64,000 bases of DNA. Source: a virus. Each line of letters opens with the position of its first letter. Within the stretch, counting starts at the first letter, position 1. Positions 30,541-39,886 of the stretch are shown piece by piece. The DNA lies in the IMG/VR virus record IMGVR_UViG_3300025030_000010, positions 11,382 to 75,381 of that record. One strand, given 5' to 3'. The position numbers and the translations under genes are program-made. The notes below the pieces were generated by a model that did not search any database, was not told where the DNA came from, and saw only the letters and a list, made by a program, of their open reading frames with translations.

Positions 30541-32442
30541 TTAGAATAGCTCCTTGCACTTGTTGACGTACCACTCATAATCTATATCTTTCGGGAAGCC
30601 TACGCTCAAGTCCATAATCGGCTTAACTCCGTCTGTCATGGGGACTTTCTCCCCTTTGCCGTTGACGATGCAGCCTTTCTCACCTGCGGCATGATACCAT
30701 CTGATAGCTTTGCCGAGATGAAAGTCGTTCTTGAATGCCCCGCCGTTGCCGACAGCTCGAACAGTGACAAACTTTCTAACGTCTTTACAGGCACGAATCG
30801 TCTCTTCGAAATGCGTGCCGTGCTTCAGATACTCGATCATCGCAAGAGTGCATATCTCGTTTTCGGGATTCTTACTCAGACCGCTGGGAGAGAAGCAACC
30901 CTTCATCTTAACGGACCCGTCATACTTTATGGCTATGTAGTTGTTGATATCTCGTGACCAAATACCAGCGTATTTCGTCTGACTCATTTTGAAACGAGTG
31001 ACTTTCTGCCAGTATTTGAGAATAGAGTGCATCTTTGCTTCTTTGTCGCGAGGGCACTTGATAACGATACCGTCTGTGTTACCTGAGACTATGTGAATCC
31101 CTGCGCGCTCCATCATGTCGATCAGCATGAGCAACGAGAGCTGCCCTGTGACTGTCACTTGAATCATAAGCTCAGGCGCATAAAGAACAGAGTACGGAGA
31201 GCCGAGCTTGCCAAAGCTTCCGTTTACAACGATCTTGAGAGAGCCTGACTTGATAACATCTCCGAGACTTTTAGCTTTCAGACGCTCAACAACGAGCGTG
31301 CGATAAACTTCGAGAAACTCTTTTCCTAGTCTCTTTGGGTAGAGACCGCAGCGAAGTATGATTTCGGGATAATATCCGTCTACGTCCCAATCCTCGATGA
31401 TGTAACGTTCATCGCTGAGATGAAATGCTCGCTTCTCCATCGAGTGAAGACCACCCATTCCCATCTTGTATGTGGACGTGCCGATCTTTATCTTCAGATC
31501 AGCGAGCGCTTTTGGCATCTTGACTTTGCCATTCATGCCCACTTCGAACGGCTCATTCTCCATGATGTCGAGAGCAGCGAGCAAGTCAGGATTAACGAAC
31601 TGAATGAAGTCAGGAGCCGTGTAATAGAAAGACAGCTCTGAAATGTCAGGGCGCTTCAGTTGAACACCCTTCAGCTTCGACAGCTCGGACTTGATTACCT
31701 CTTCTGCTATCTGTGCATCTGACTTGGAGAGAAGATCGAGACCGTACTTTTTGGACATGACACGGCGAAGCTCAATCTGCTCCAACAACTCGTCCAGTGC
31801 AAGACCTGTTACCTCAAGGTCGTTGCCGCAGTATTCGTTGACGTTGTCCATTTCGTCTTCGGTTAACTCGTCGTCCTCGTGATACGGCAAGTCCTGCATC
31901 TTAGTACAATGCAAGCGACCACCGTAGATTTTCAGAGAGATGCCGACGCCAGGGAGTAAGCCGATGATGTCGATGTGCTTTATGTCCATCTTCGGCAGCT
32001 TGTAGCGCTTCTCGAACTTGTAAGGGGTGAGGTCTTCTTGGATGATTTCGTTCGTTGCTTGCTTCAACTCTTCGCAATTCGCTCCTGTCAGAGCGAGTCG
32101 AACAATAAGGATGTCGTAGATGTTGCCGTTGAAGGTAACAATCTCGTGTCGCATCAAGAAAGATTTGAGCTTCTCATGCTCCAAACGAAGATAGTCGGTC
32201 TGCTCGAAGTCGAATATCGCTCCGTCACTGACACGAGTGAACTTTACGAGAAAGTAATTCCAGAAGCACTCGACATCTAGCAGCACTTGAGGAGTTCTCG
32301 ACAGCGCCACAACTTTCTCTTTCTTCTTCTCTTTTGCTTTAGGCGGGTCAAACTCGATCTGCAATCTAGGCGGGAGGGGTTTGTATCTCTTCAGTTTTCC
32401 TGCTGCTAAAAATCCGTCAATCTTGCTGAAAAATCCACTCAC
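30541..32442 (-). CDS. Family B DNA polymerase
   Basis: Exo DVEC, FNG..YD, YCGND; pol DVDGYYP, KIVVNGSFGKLG, NTDG, DINNY. Confidence 0.9.
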   Translation of the reverse strand: MSGFFSKIDGFLAAGKLKRYKPLPPRLQIEFDPPKAKEKKKEKVVALSRTPQVLLDVECFWNYFLVKFTRVSDGAIFDFEQTDYLRLEHEKLKSFLMRHEIVTFNGNIYDILIVRLALTGANCEELKQATNEIIQEDLTPYKFEKRYKLPKMDIKHIDIIGLLPGVGISLKIYGGRLHCTKMQDLPYHEDDELTEDEMDNVNEYCGNDLEVTGLALDELLEQIELRRVMSKKYGLDLLSKSDAQIAEEVIKSELSKLKGVQLKRPDISELSFYYTAPDFIQFVNPDLLAALDIMENEPFEVGMNGKVKMPKALADLKIKIGTSTYKMGMGGLHSMEKRAFHLSDERYIIEDWDVDGYYPEIILRCGLYPKRLGKEFLEVYRTLVVERLKAKSLGDVIKSGSLKIVVNGSFGKLGSPYSVLYAPELMIQVTVTGQLSLLMLIDMMERAGIHIVSGNTDGIVIKCPRDKEAKMHSILKYWQKVTRFKMSQTKYAGIWSRDINNYIAIKYDGSVKMKGCFSPSGLSKNPENEICTLAMIEYLKHGTHFEETIRACKDVRKFVTVRAVGNGGAFKNDFHLGKAIRWYHAAGEKGCIVNGKGEKVPMTDGVKPIMDLSVGFPKDIDYEWYVNKCKELF

Positions 32443-32537
32443 AGTTTGGCTCCTTTGTTTTAACTACGACCACTTGAGGGAATAAGAAAAGGGAAGAGCG
32501 CGAAGCTCCTCCCTTTTTATCGGTCTGTCGAGCGGGA

Positions 32538-32768
32538 CTAGATCAGTCTCTTCACCAGATCGATTGCATCTTGAATCGTGTGCAAATTGCCGACTTCTTC
32601 ATCGCTAATTTCGATGCCGAATTCGTCTTCCAGTTCAGCTACGCACTCCACGATGTCGAGCGAATCGCAGCCGATATCTTCGAGCGTCTTGTCTGCCGTG
32701 AGCGCATCGGCGGGATAGCCGAGATGCTCTGTGAATACGTCAATGACTTTCTGTTCCGTTGACTTCAA
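32538..32768 (-). CDS. Acyl carrier protein
   Basis: 76 aa acidic; GCDSLDIVE phosphopantetheine site; ELEDEFGIEISDE...TIQDA. Confidence 0.9.
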   Translation of the reverse strand: MKSTEQKVIDVFTEHLGYPADALTADKTLEDIGCDSLDIVECVAELEDEFGIEISDEEVGNLHTIQDAIDLVKRLI

Positions 32769-32791
32769 TTTAAATCACCTCACTTTTTATT

Positions 32792-33106
32792 TTATTTTTC
32801 TGCTATGCAGTCGCCGTCGGTGTTGTAAAGATCGTAAGCGAATTCGCACTTGATACGCTCGGTGCAGTAATCACAAGTGAGCTGCTTCGCTCTGCTGTGA
32901 TTTGCCACAAGATACTCGATCATCGCACTGCGCTTATCTTCACAGATATGCTTGAAACGGTTCCAGCCGCCGCAGGAAGCACAGGGCTCATGTGACCCGA
33001 GCAAAGTGACGTGTTCGCAGAAATGACAGCTAGGATCGACATCCTCGAACGTGGAGACATCTACGCTGACTTCTGCTGCGTCTTCAGTCTTCATGATTCG
33101 CTGCAT
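32792..33106 (-). CDS. Cys-rich hypothetical protein
   Basis: Several CxxC motifs. Confidence 0.5.
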   Translation of the reverse strand: MQRIMKTEDAAEVSVDVSTFEDVDPSCHFCEHVTLLGSHEPCASCGGWNRFKHICEDKRSAMIEYLVANHSRAKQLTCDYCTERIKCEFAYDLYNTDGDCIAEK

Positions 33107-33458
33107 CTTCTTCGAGCAGACGCAGACCTCTTCTGATTGCTTTGGCTTTCTTGCCGTTGACTTTCGGCTCGGTGCGTCTCATTACGCCCGTTTTGAGGTC
33201 GCGGTCATACTGCGTACCCTTCAGGTCGATCAGCTTGTCACCCGCTGCGTTGTGACGCAGATTGTAGACAATGGTGCCGCCTTTAGCACGAATGGCGTCA
33301 ACCTGCTCTTTCGTCAAGCCCTTGTTGACTTTCTTCTGCTTCTCGGTGTCTGCCACCGTGTCTTCGGAAACTTTAACGATGTTTGCCGCTCTATCGATTG
33401 CTGCGTTGAACCCTTCCGATGTCACTGCTTCCGTCTGAACATTCAATCCGCCAGTCAT
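33084..33458 (-). CDS. Hypothetical basic protein
   Basis: AGGAG RBS; coupled to next ORF. Confidence 0.55.
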   Translation of the reverse strand: MTGGLNVQTEAVTSEGFNAAIDRAANIVKVSEDTVADTEKQKKVNKGLTKEQVDAIRAKGGTIVYNLRHNAAGDKLIDLKGTQYDRDLKTGVMRRTEPKVNGKKAKAIRRGLRLLEEDAANHED

Positions 33459-33480
33459 TTAAAACTCCTTTTCTTTGTAG

Positions 33481-33894
33481 TTAAACCATCATTCTTTGCA
33501 TCACGAGTTTTGCCAAAAGTGCTTTCTCTTCTTCGTTCTCTGTGCCTATTAACTTTCGAATTCTACTCTTTATGAGCAGCATGAACATTTCTCGCTCTCG
33601 TGAACCTTGAGGACTCATTGTCGCGTCTTTATCGTTACCGAAGACTTCACAGACCGCTTTGTATCTCCACAACTTATCATCTTTCTGATACTCAGCTATC
33701 TTTGTTCCCCGCTTATTTGCAAACTCATATACTACTAGATGCGTTCGCATGTCAACAACTCTCAGAGTGTGGGAATAAAAAATCACTTCTTCGATACAAC
33801 CTGTCCCCCACTGTGACAGTCTTTGTGCAAGTTGTTCTTCTTCTGATGCAGTATAATCCACAGGAGTAGTATCGTACTTGTGAAATAATGACAT
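33481..33894 (-). CDS. Hypothetical protein, tandem family member 3
   Basis: Start MSLFHK after GAGG; C-terminal EKALLAKLVMQRM. Confidence 0.55.
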   Translation of the reverse strand: MSLFHKYDTTPVDYTASEEEQLAQRLSQWGTGCIEEVIFYSHTLRVVDMRTHLVVYEFANKRGTKIAEYQKDDKLWRYKAVCEVFGNDKDATMSPQGSREREMFMLLIKSRIRKLIGTENEEEKALLAKLVMQRMMV

Positions 33895-33895
33895 T

Positions 33896-34249
33896 TTAAT
33901 CCTCGTTAAACTGAGTGTAAGCATTTCCAAATCGAGTTGACATAGAATCTGAAAGATCGACTTCAGACGAGAACATTCGCCATGTGACAACTTGCGCAAG
34001 AACCGCTTTGTCTTCGTCTGTGTCGTAGTGCTTGAAAGCGTCAACGAGAGCTTTTAGCTTCCAGTTCTTCGATGTCTTGTCGTATGTGCCTGTTTGACAC
34101 GAAGACACACCGATTCGATAAATTCTAATCTCACAAGCTCCGCTGTGAGGCACAACGTAAATAGATAAGATGCAATGTCCACAATGTAGCTGCTCGACTG
34201 TTCCGTTTCCCCATTCGCGTACTGCTTCGAGCGAGAATTCTTTGATCAT
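33896..34249 (-). CDS. Hypothetical protein, tandem family member 2
   Basis: Start MIKEFS; DKAVLAQVVTWRM. Confidence 0.55.
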   Translation of the reverse strand: MIKEFSLEAVREWGNGTVEQLHCGHCILSIYVVPHSGACEIRIYRIGVSSCQTGTYDKTSKNWKLKALVDAFKHYDTDEDKAVLAQVVTWRMFSSEVDLSDSMSTRFGNAYTQFNED

Positions 34250-34683
34250 AGCTTCATCCTCAGTACAACGAGCTGTGCAATGACTTCTTTTGCGTTCACA
34301 TCGTCTTTGAGCGCTGTATAGAGTGCCTTGAGCGCCCACGACTCTCTTGTATCGAAATCGTCAACGTGAATCAGCTCTGCTTGCGGAGTGTGAGTGCCTT
34401 TGACCTCAAAGAGTCGTATCTTTTGAGACACGTTCTGAATTGACACGACTCTGAACATGCGTCCGCACAAAAACAACTCCTGAAGATCATGACTCTCCAT
34501 AAACTTGATAACATCTTTAATTGGTCTTGTGTGGTCGTAGTAAGTGTTCATCTTCCCCACCGTGAGAGTGTGTTTCGGTCTACCCGCAGATTTAGGCGCA
34601 GACTGCGATAACAACTGAGCTGATATCCAGATTATCGCAGTTGCGCCTAATGTTCCTGCTGCGAAGTCGAGCAAGTCGATCAC
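34246..34683 (-). CDS. Hypothetical protein, tandem family member 1
   Basis: AKEVIAQLVVLRM; N-terminal hydrophobic segment. Confidence 0.55.
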   Translation of the reverse strand: MIDLLDFAAGTLGATAIIWISAQLLSQSAPKSAGRPKHTLTVGKMNTYYDHTRPIKDVIKFMESHDLQELFLCGRMFRVVSIQNVSQKIRLFEVKGTHTPQAELIHVDDFDTRESWALKALYTALKDDVNAKEVIAQLVVLRMKL

Positions 34684-35690
34684 TTTGCTTTAGGCTCCAT
34701 GAGATTGACAACGTGAATGTAGTTGTCACCCTCGAACTTGAGGCTGTCACCGATAGTTGCTTCGAGATTGTTCTTGAGCATCGCCTTCATGAATTCGGGC
34801 TGAATGTCGAACTCTATGGGCTCGCCCGTGTAGACGATTCGAACAGGCTCTTTGAACCAGCCGTTCGCGCCTTCTGTCGAGATGATCATCTTGTTAGTTT
34901 CGAGGGCGATGTTGACGCGCTTGTCCTGACACATGACAGCAGCGCGATCAAGAACCTCTGCCGTGTTCGCGGGGAATTCGATTGCGTCCCCATCGACTTC
35001 AAGAAACTCGGAGAAGTCGGGGTATTCGTCCTCGATGATTCGACACGAGAACAGCGCCTCGTTCTCGTTTCTGAAGTGAATCCAGCCTTCTGTCTCAGCG
35101 TACTCAATAGGCTCGTAATCGACAATGCTCTTCGCAGCGTTCGAAGGGATAAGCAGCGGCAGCGGGAAACACTTCGCAGCAGCTTTACCCAGATCGTATT
35201 CTGTAATCCTGTTGTTGTCGCAGGATATGACTTTCGATCTTTCTATGAACACGTTCTTGAGAATATCTTTGTCGGCGTCTTTGCTCACGGAGAAGAGACA
35301 GAACTTGACAGCTTCGCAGAAGTTATCCGGAAGATCGATCCAGTCGTCCTCTTCAGGCATCCCCAGTTCGTGAATCGGCAACTCTATCTCTTCTTCGAGA
35401 CGTATCCCCGCTTTCGCTGTGCCTCCGACAAGAAGAAGAGTTCCCGCGCTCACTGTCAGTTCAAGCTCTTCTTTCTTGACTTTGGTGATCATGTCGTAGA
35501 ATTCTTTCGCAGGAACAGCGCCCTCGAAATCGACATCGACAGGATGACTCACGGAGATTTCATCGTTAAAGGTGCAGACAACGCCATCTATGAATACGAA
35601 GCACGTTGACTGCTCAATGACTAGCGATCTAGCTAATCCGGGTTTGACAGCTTCCAGCGCTTTTAAGAGCGCGAGGCGATTGATCTTCAT
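34680..35690 (-). CDS. Sliding clamp (DnaN beta-like)
   Basis: 336 aa; MKINRLALLKAL start, SCDNNRI, EDEYPDF motifs of the beta-clamp fold; cognate clamp loader present. Confidence 0.8.
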   Translation of the reverse strand: MKINRLALLKALEAVKPGLARSLVIEQSTCFVFIDGVVCTFNDEISVSHPVDVDFEGAVPAKEFYDMITKVKKEELELTVSAGTLLLVGGTAKAGIRLEEEIELPIHELGMPEEDDWIDLPDNFCEAVKFCLFSVSKDADKDILKNVFIERSKVISCDNNRITEYDLGKAAAKCFPLPLLIPSNAAKSIVDYEPIEYAETEGWIHFRNENEALFSCRIIEDEYPDFSEFLEVDGDAIEFPANTAEVLDRAAVMCQDKRVNIALETNKMIISTEGANGWFKEPVRIVYTGEPIEFDIQPEFMKAMLKNNLEATIGDSLKFEGDNYIHVVNLMEPKAK

Positions 35691-35692
35691 TT

Positions 35693-35881
35693 CTAAGCAC
35701 TCCTTAGGTTTTTGCTGATCGTCTTAAACATCTGTATCATGAAGGTCAGAGAGACAAGCTGTGCGAGTCTCACGGGATGAATTTCTTCGCGATGTTTTGC
35801 GAGAATGTGTTCTATCATAATTTCAGTGGTAGTGTTGAACCACTCTTTGCAGTACGGGCACTTGTAAAGTTTTCTCTGCAT
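35693..35881 (-). CDS. C2H2-like zinc-finger protein
   Basis: YKCPYC...F...HILAKH. Confidence 0.6.
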   Translation of the reverse strand: MQRKLYKCPYCKEWFNTTTEIMIEHILAKHREEIHPVRLAQLVSLTFMIQMFKTISKNLRSA

Positions 35882-36029
35882 CTTAGTATTCTCCTATGTC
35901 ACAGGGTTGCATTTCAGCTCCGCATGTTCTGCATTTCGATTCGGGTTCGGTGACGTAAGTATCATCGCACTTCGGACACTCACACAGCGCAAGCTCGTCA
36001 AGATTCTCCGGCATGACGATTCTCCTTAT

Positions 36030-36308
36030 TTAGGTCATTACTTCAAAGACGTGATAAACCCTCACCCCGCCGCGTAGCTGATAGGTTCCGATGTAGCTGT
36101 ATCTGATCGAAGTGATAGTTTCGCCAGTTTCGTGAATTGCAAAACAGCGCTCTTCTTTGACATCCTCGTTCGCTTTGTTGAACTTCGCCCACAGACAGGG
36201 CTCTTCGTTCTGAGTCTGCACTGACAGAATCTCAGCTCCCTTTGGCATAAGCACTCGCTGATTAACGAGTGCTGTTTCCAGCTTAAATTTCCAAATTGTA
36301 CTCGCCAT
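36030..36308 (-). CDS. Conserved hypothetical phage protein
   Basis: TIWKF...MPKGAEILSVQ.Q...LWA...TG...YIGT...HVFE. Confidence 0.65.
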   Translation of the reverse strand: MASTIWKFKLETALVNQRVLMPKGAEILSVQTQNEEPCLWAKFNKANEDVKEERCFAIHETGETITSIRYSYIGTYQLRGGVRVYHVFEVMT

Positions 36309-36320
36309 GACAACTCTCCT

Positions 36321-36773
36321 TTACTTCAGTTTGGGCATGATTTCAAAGAAGCCGTGAAGAACCCCGAGTCCCTCGCAGCGCAAAACCTGTTCCGTGATGT
36401 ATGTAATGAGATGATCACGCATCGCAGGATTCTCGGGGTCTTCTTTCGTCTTCTCTCTTACGTTGTCAACGAGCTTGCGAATGCCTACGATCTGCTTAGA
36501 GGGTTTCAGCGGATTATCAGAGATTTGAGTCAAGAGATGTTCAGCAGTCGTGAGAGACGCTAATAGTGAGGAGACGCTTCTGTAGTGCAAGTCGTGAACG
36601 ATATGCAGCAGAAGATTACCGATTACTTGTCCTGGCTTTGCGTCATACATAAAAGCATAGCCGTCTATTTTGATTCGAACTAGACCTTTCGCAGGACCCA
36701 CGACATTCTTTTTAGGCGGGTCGTATGTCGCAGCAGGTATGATTTTTCTCTTACCTCTGATTATCGTTCGCAT
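36321..36773 (-). CDS. Hypothetical protein
   Basis: GGAG RBS; 150 aa. Confidence 0.55.
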   Translation of the reverse strand: MRTIIRGKRKIIPAATYDPPKKNVVGPAKGLVRIKIDGYAFMYDAKPGQVIGNLLLHIVHDLHYRSVSSLLASLTTAEHLLTQISDNPLKPSKQIVGIRKLVDNVREKTKEDPENPAMRDHLITYITEQVLRCEGLGVLHGFFEIMPKLK

Positions 36774-36803
36774 CTTTACTCCCTCTCAGATCGTGATTCG
36801 ATT

Positions 36804-37382
36804 CTACAGCTCGATTCTTGTGAAGCGATGATTCACGCCTTCTTGCAGCAGCGCCACAGTGGTCGCTTTCTCGAAGAACGTCTTGATCTGGTCTTCGTTG
36901 GCCGGAATGAAGGGGCAGTCGAAACTCGAAGGAGTCAGATCGTCATATTCGCTGCCGTAAGCGTCACCAGCGAAAGTGATAAAGTCCTCGTCGTTATAAA
37001 GAACAACGGTGCCGCTAGGGTACTCTTTGTTCGTCATGCAAACGAGCATTACGGCGTCTTCAAGATCGACAACAGGCGCCTGCTTTTTCATGGGCTTCTT
37101 CTTCTGAGAAGACGGGAGCACAGGAGTTTTGTGACCGAGAACGAGAAGAATCTCTTTCAGACATCTCGCCATAGTTGACGCTCCGTTGTCGCCAATTTCG
37201 ATCAAGATTTCGTGCAACTTCATCTCCGATTCGGAGTAAATCACAGGCGCTAGCGGTTCTTCTTTGACGATGTTGGCGAGAGCTTCGAACTTCACTTTGA
37301 AATCCGCAGTGTTGTTGGACACATGATCTTCGATAGCGTTGAGCAGCGCTTTGATTTCAGCTTCAGTCTTTTTGATAATCAT
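36804..37382 (-). CDS. Hypothetical protein
   Basis: AGGAG RBS; 192 aa. Confidence 0.55.
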   Translation of the reverse strand: MIIKKTEAEIKALLNAIEDHVSNNTADFKVKFEALANIVKEEPLAPVIYSESEMKLHEILIEIGDNGASTMARCLKEILLVLGHKTPVLPSSQKKKPMKKQAPVVDLEDAVMLVCMTNKEYPSGTVVLYNDEDFITFAGDAYGSEYDDLTPSSFDCPFIPANEDQIKTFFEKATTVALLQEGVNHRFTRIEL

Positions 37383-37404
37383 GACATGACTCCTTTTGGG
37401 TTAA

Positions 37405-38502
37405 CTACAGATCGAGAAAGCCTTTAAGCTTTTCCTTAGCGAATACGTTGATGTTATTCGTGGGTGGAGCAATGTACTCGTGAGAGAAGCAGATACGCTC
37501 TACGTCCGTCTTCCACGTCCCGCCTAGCTGCCCCGCATTCACAACACAATTGCTGTTGTTTGAAGATGTCGCTCTCCAGAGAGGAGACTTGTTTCTGTGA
37601 GCGCCGAGCTTAGGATGTGTGACTCGTGAGTAGTAGCGATAACCTGCATTGATGTAGAGCTGCGCGACTGCGTTGCTGAACTTAACGCCTAGACCCATGC
37701 CCTGATAGTCAGGAAGAATTACAGTGCGATGCGAGCGATAAGCGTTCTTTACAGTACCAGAGGGGAGAGGGAGAACAGCGATGAAGCCGATGATATTTTC
37801 CTCGAACTTCAAAGCGAAGCATCTCGCCGCTTTGTTCAGTGCCGAAGTTAGGTAGTGATGTGACTTAAACATTTCCCACAAAAACGAATCGCATGTGAGT
37901 ATGTCAAGCTCGATTTTTGGGACTGGTTGGGGTAACCTCCGTTTGTATTTCTTCGTGTCCGTATTGTAAATCCAATCGGGCTGAAGCCAGTCGATGATAT
38001 CGAAATGGCACGAAGCAAACACAACGTTAGTGAGGCCCTGCTTACGGATATACTTCGAGATTGCGAAAGCGCACGACTTAGCGACGTTTCTATCAACTAC
38101 AGACGTGAACTCGTCTATGACGCATCCTGACTTCAATTTACGGGCAAGATTCGCTCTATACTGTTCCCCGTTGCTGAGAACATGAAAGGGCTTGAGCCAG
38201 CTAGGGATTGAGTTGAGTCCTACGGAGGTGAGCTTGTCGATAGCTTCGTCTGCGCTGCTGAAGTGAGAAGCGATTGCTTTCTTGCCGTCCCAGATAATCT
38301 CTTCATCTTCACCGAAGTCTTCGAGCAAGAGAGATTTGCCTGAGCCAGAAGCTCCGACGATTAAGCCGATGTTGAATTCGCCTGTGATGGTGGGTTTTTT
38401 GTGAAGAGTGAAAGTCGTTTCGCCTGTGAACTCGTAATCGAAAATCTTGCCTATCTCTTGCGATATGGCATCGAGTTTCACTTTAGACTTGATTTCAGCC
38501 AT
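37405..38502 (-). CDS. ABC-type ATPase fused to GNAT acyltransferase
   Basis: GASGSGKS, LSNGE, IDEFTS, SCH, then HHYL...RTVILPDYQGMGLG acyl-CoA-binding motif A. Confidence 0.85.
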   Translation of the reverse strand: MAEIKSKVKLDAISQEIGKIFDYEFTGETTFTLHKKPTITGEFNIGLIVGASGSGKSLLLEDFGEDEEIIWDGKKAIASHFSSADEAIDKLTSVGLNSIPSWLKPFHVLSNGEQYRANLARKLKSGCVIDEFTSVVDRNVAKSCAFAISKYIRKQGLTNVVFASCHFDIIDWLQPDWIYNTDTKKYKRRLPQPVPKIELDILTCDSFLWEMFKSHHYLTSALNKAARCFALKFEENIIGFIAVLPLPSGTVKNAYRSHRTVILPDYQGMGLGVKFSNAVAQLYINAGYRYYSRVTHPKLGAHRNKSPLWRATSSNNSNCVVNAGQLGGTWKTDVERICFSHEYIAPPTNNINVFAKEKLKGFLDL

Positions 38503-38606
38503 GCTGCACCTCCGTTGAATCGGATTTTGAGTCAAAAAGAGGGCTCCCCGCGTTTGCGGAGAACCCTACTTCTTTGCTTAACTTGTCAATGCTGCCGGCG
38601 CCGTTC

Positions 38607-39449
38607 TTACTCGCCCAGATACTTGATCTTGCTGTTCTTCACTTCGACCATGCCGAGAGCTGTCAAGAGCTGCATCGAGCGATCAACGATACGTGCGGAC
38701 TGGTCGATGCCGGAGTTGCCGCCCTTCTTGGAGTAGAGATCGTCCGCTTTGCTGATCAGATCGTCCTCGGTCAGCGCTTTGCCTTCTTTGAGCACTGCGG
38801 CGACGGACATGTAGCGGGTGAACTTCTCGCTCTTCTCTTTCTTCGCAGGAGCCGCCTTAGCTGCTTTCGCGGGCTTCTCTTTCTCTGCCTTGGCCGGAGC
38901 TTTCTCGCTCTTCGCCGGAGCTTTTTCTTCTTTTGCTGCTTTGCCCTTTGCGCCTTTGGCGGGCTTCTCTTCTTTCTCTTCTTCTTTCTCGGGCTCGGGC
39001 TCTTCTGCCTCAGCTTCGCGAATCAGGTCGCGGACTGCGTCCTCGTCCATCTTCTTGGTGACCTTGATGTCCAGGTCGTTCTCTTTGATGTAGCTCTTCA
39101 GGCCGTCCATGTCGAGGTCTGCAAGCTCGTCGCCGTCGCCGTCGCCTTCTTCTTCAGCAATTTCGATACCCAGGGCTTCGAGGGTCTTTTCAGCGTCCTC
39201 GGAGAAAACGACTTTCTCTTCGTCCTCGGGGTCTTCCTGGAAGTCGGTGTCGTAGATGCAGGGCTCGCCGGACTCGGGGTCAACTGCTTCTGCTTTGATC
39301 ATCTCAAGCAGCGCTTCATCGGTGGTCTTGCGGTTGAACTTGATCGCCGGGTCAAGACCCATAACCTCGTTCATCTCTTTCGCCAGTGCTTCGAGTTCTG
39401 CGCGAGTCACTTCCGGCGCTTTAGCTGCTTTTACTTTTTCTTTCGCCAT
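38607..39449 (-). CDS. Acidic protein with C-terminal winged-helix-like domain (paralogue of 57080-57829)
   Basis: Own promoter and terminator; shared N- and C-terminal motifs with the early-region copy. Confidence 0.7.
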   Translation of the reverse strand: MAKEKVKAAKAPEVTRAELEALAKEMNEVMGLDPAIKFNRKTTDEALLEMIKAEAVDPESGEPCIYDTDFQEDPEDEEKVVFSEDAEKTLEALGIEIAEEEGDGDGDELADLDMDGLKSYIKENDLDIKVTKKMDEDAVRDLIREAEAEEPEPEKEEEKEEKPAKGAKGKAAKEEKAPAKSEKAPAKAEKEKPAKAAKAAPAKKEKSEKFTRYMSVAAVLKEGKALTEDDLISKADDLYSKKGGNSGIDQSARIVDRSMQLLTALGMVEVKNSKIKYLGE

Positions 39450-39510
39450 TGTTTCGTCCCTCTCCTTTAATATGCTGCTGAAATTTGCTAATGAATGAAT
39501 CGATGTCCAC

Positions 39511-39539
39511 AATCTAATGAATTTCCAGTTTCAAGTCAA
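39511..39539 (-). promoter_or_regulatory. Sigma70-type promoter
   Basis: TTGACT-17 nt-TAGATT. Confidence 0.7.
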
Positions 39540-39886
39540 CACAATTCATTAGAGAAATGGAAAAAGATTATTTCAGTTTAGAAACACGGAGTTGCTCGCG
39601 TCTATTGAGTTCTTTGCAATAGGTGAAGGCTCTTTTTCGAGAGAAGAAAAACCCTTGATTGCCGCAAGCCTTCAAGTGAGAGCGGACAAAGCTCACAGGA
39701 ACTTCGGTCACAATGCAGCCTCTGGGTGGCAACTTCGTCTTGTGACTGTGAAGAAATACCGTCATAACAGAGTGACGAAATCTGTATCTCTCTGGTGCAG
39801 CTCCGCAACTCACAACGAAGAGCGTTTGTCCTTGTTTGATGTTATATGCGTTGGGTCTACCTTTTGCCATTGTGTCTCTCCTGTAT

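Noticed and set aside
34641-35609. Long + strand ORFs opposite minus-strand genes (also 38574-39470, 57218-58063, 25061-25720)
   Set aside because: Antisense shadows of codon-biased real genes; no recognisable motifs.
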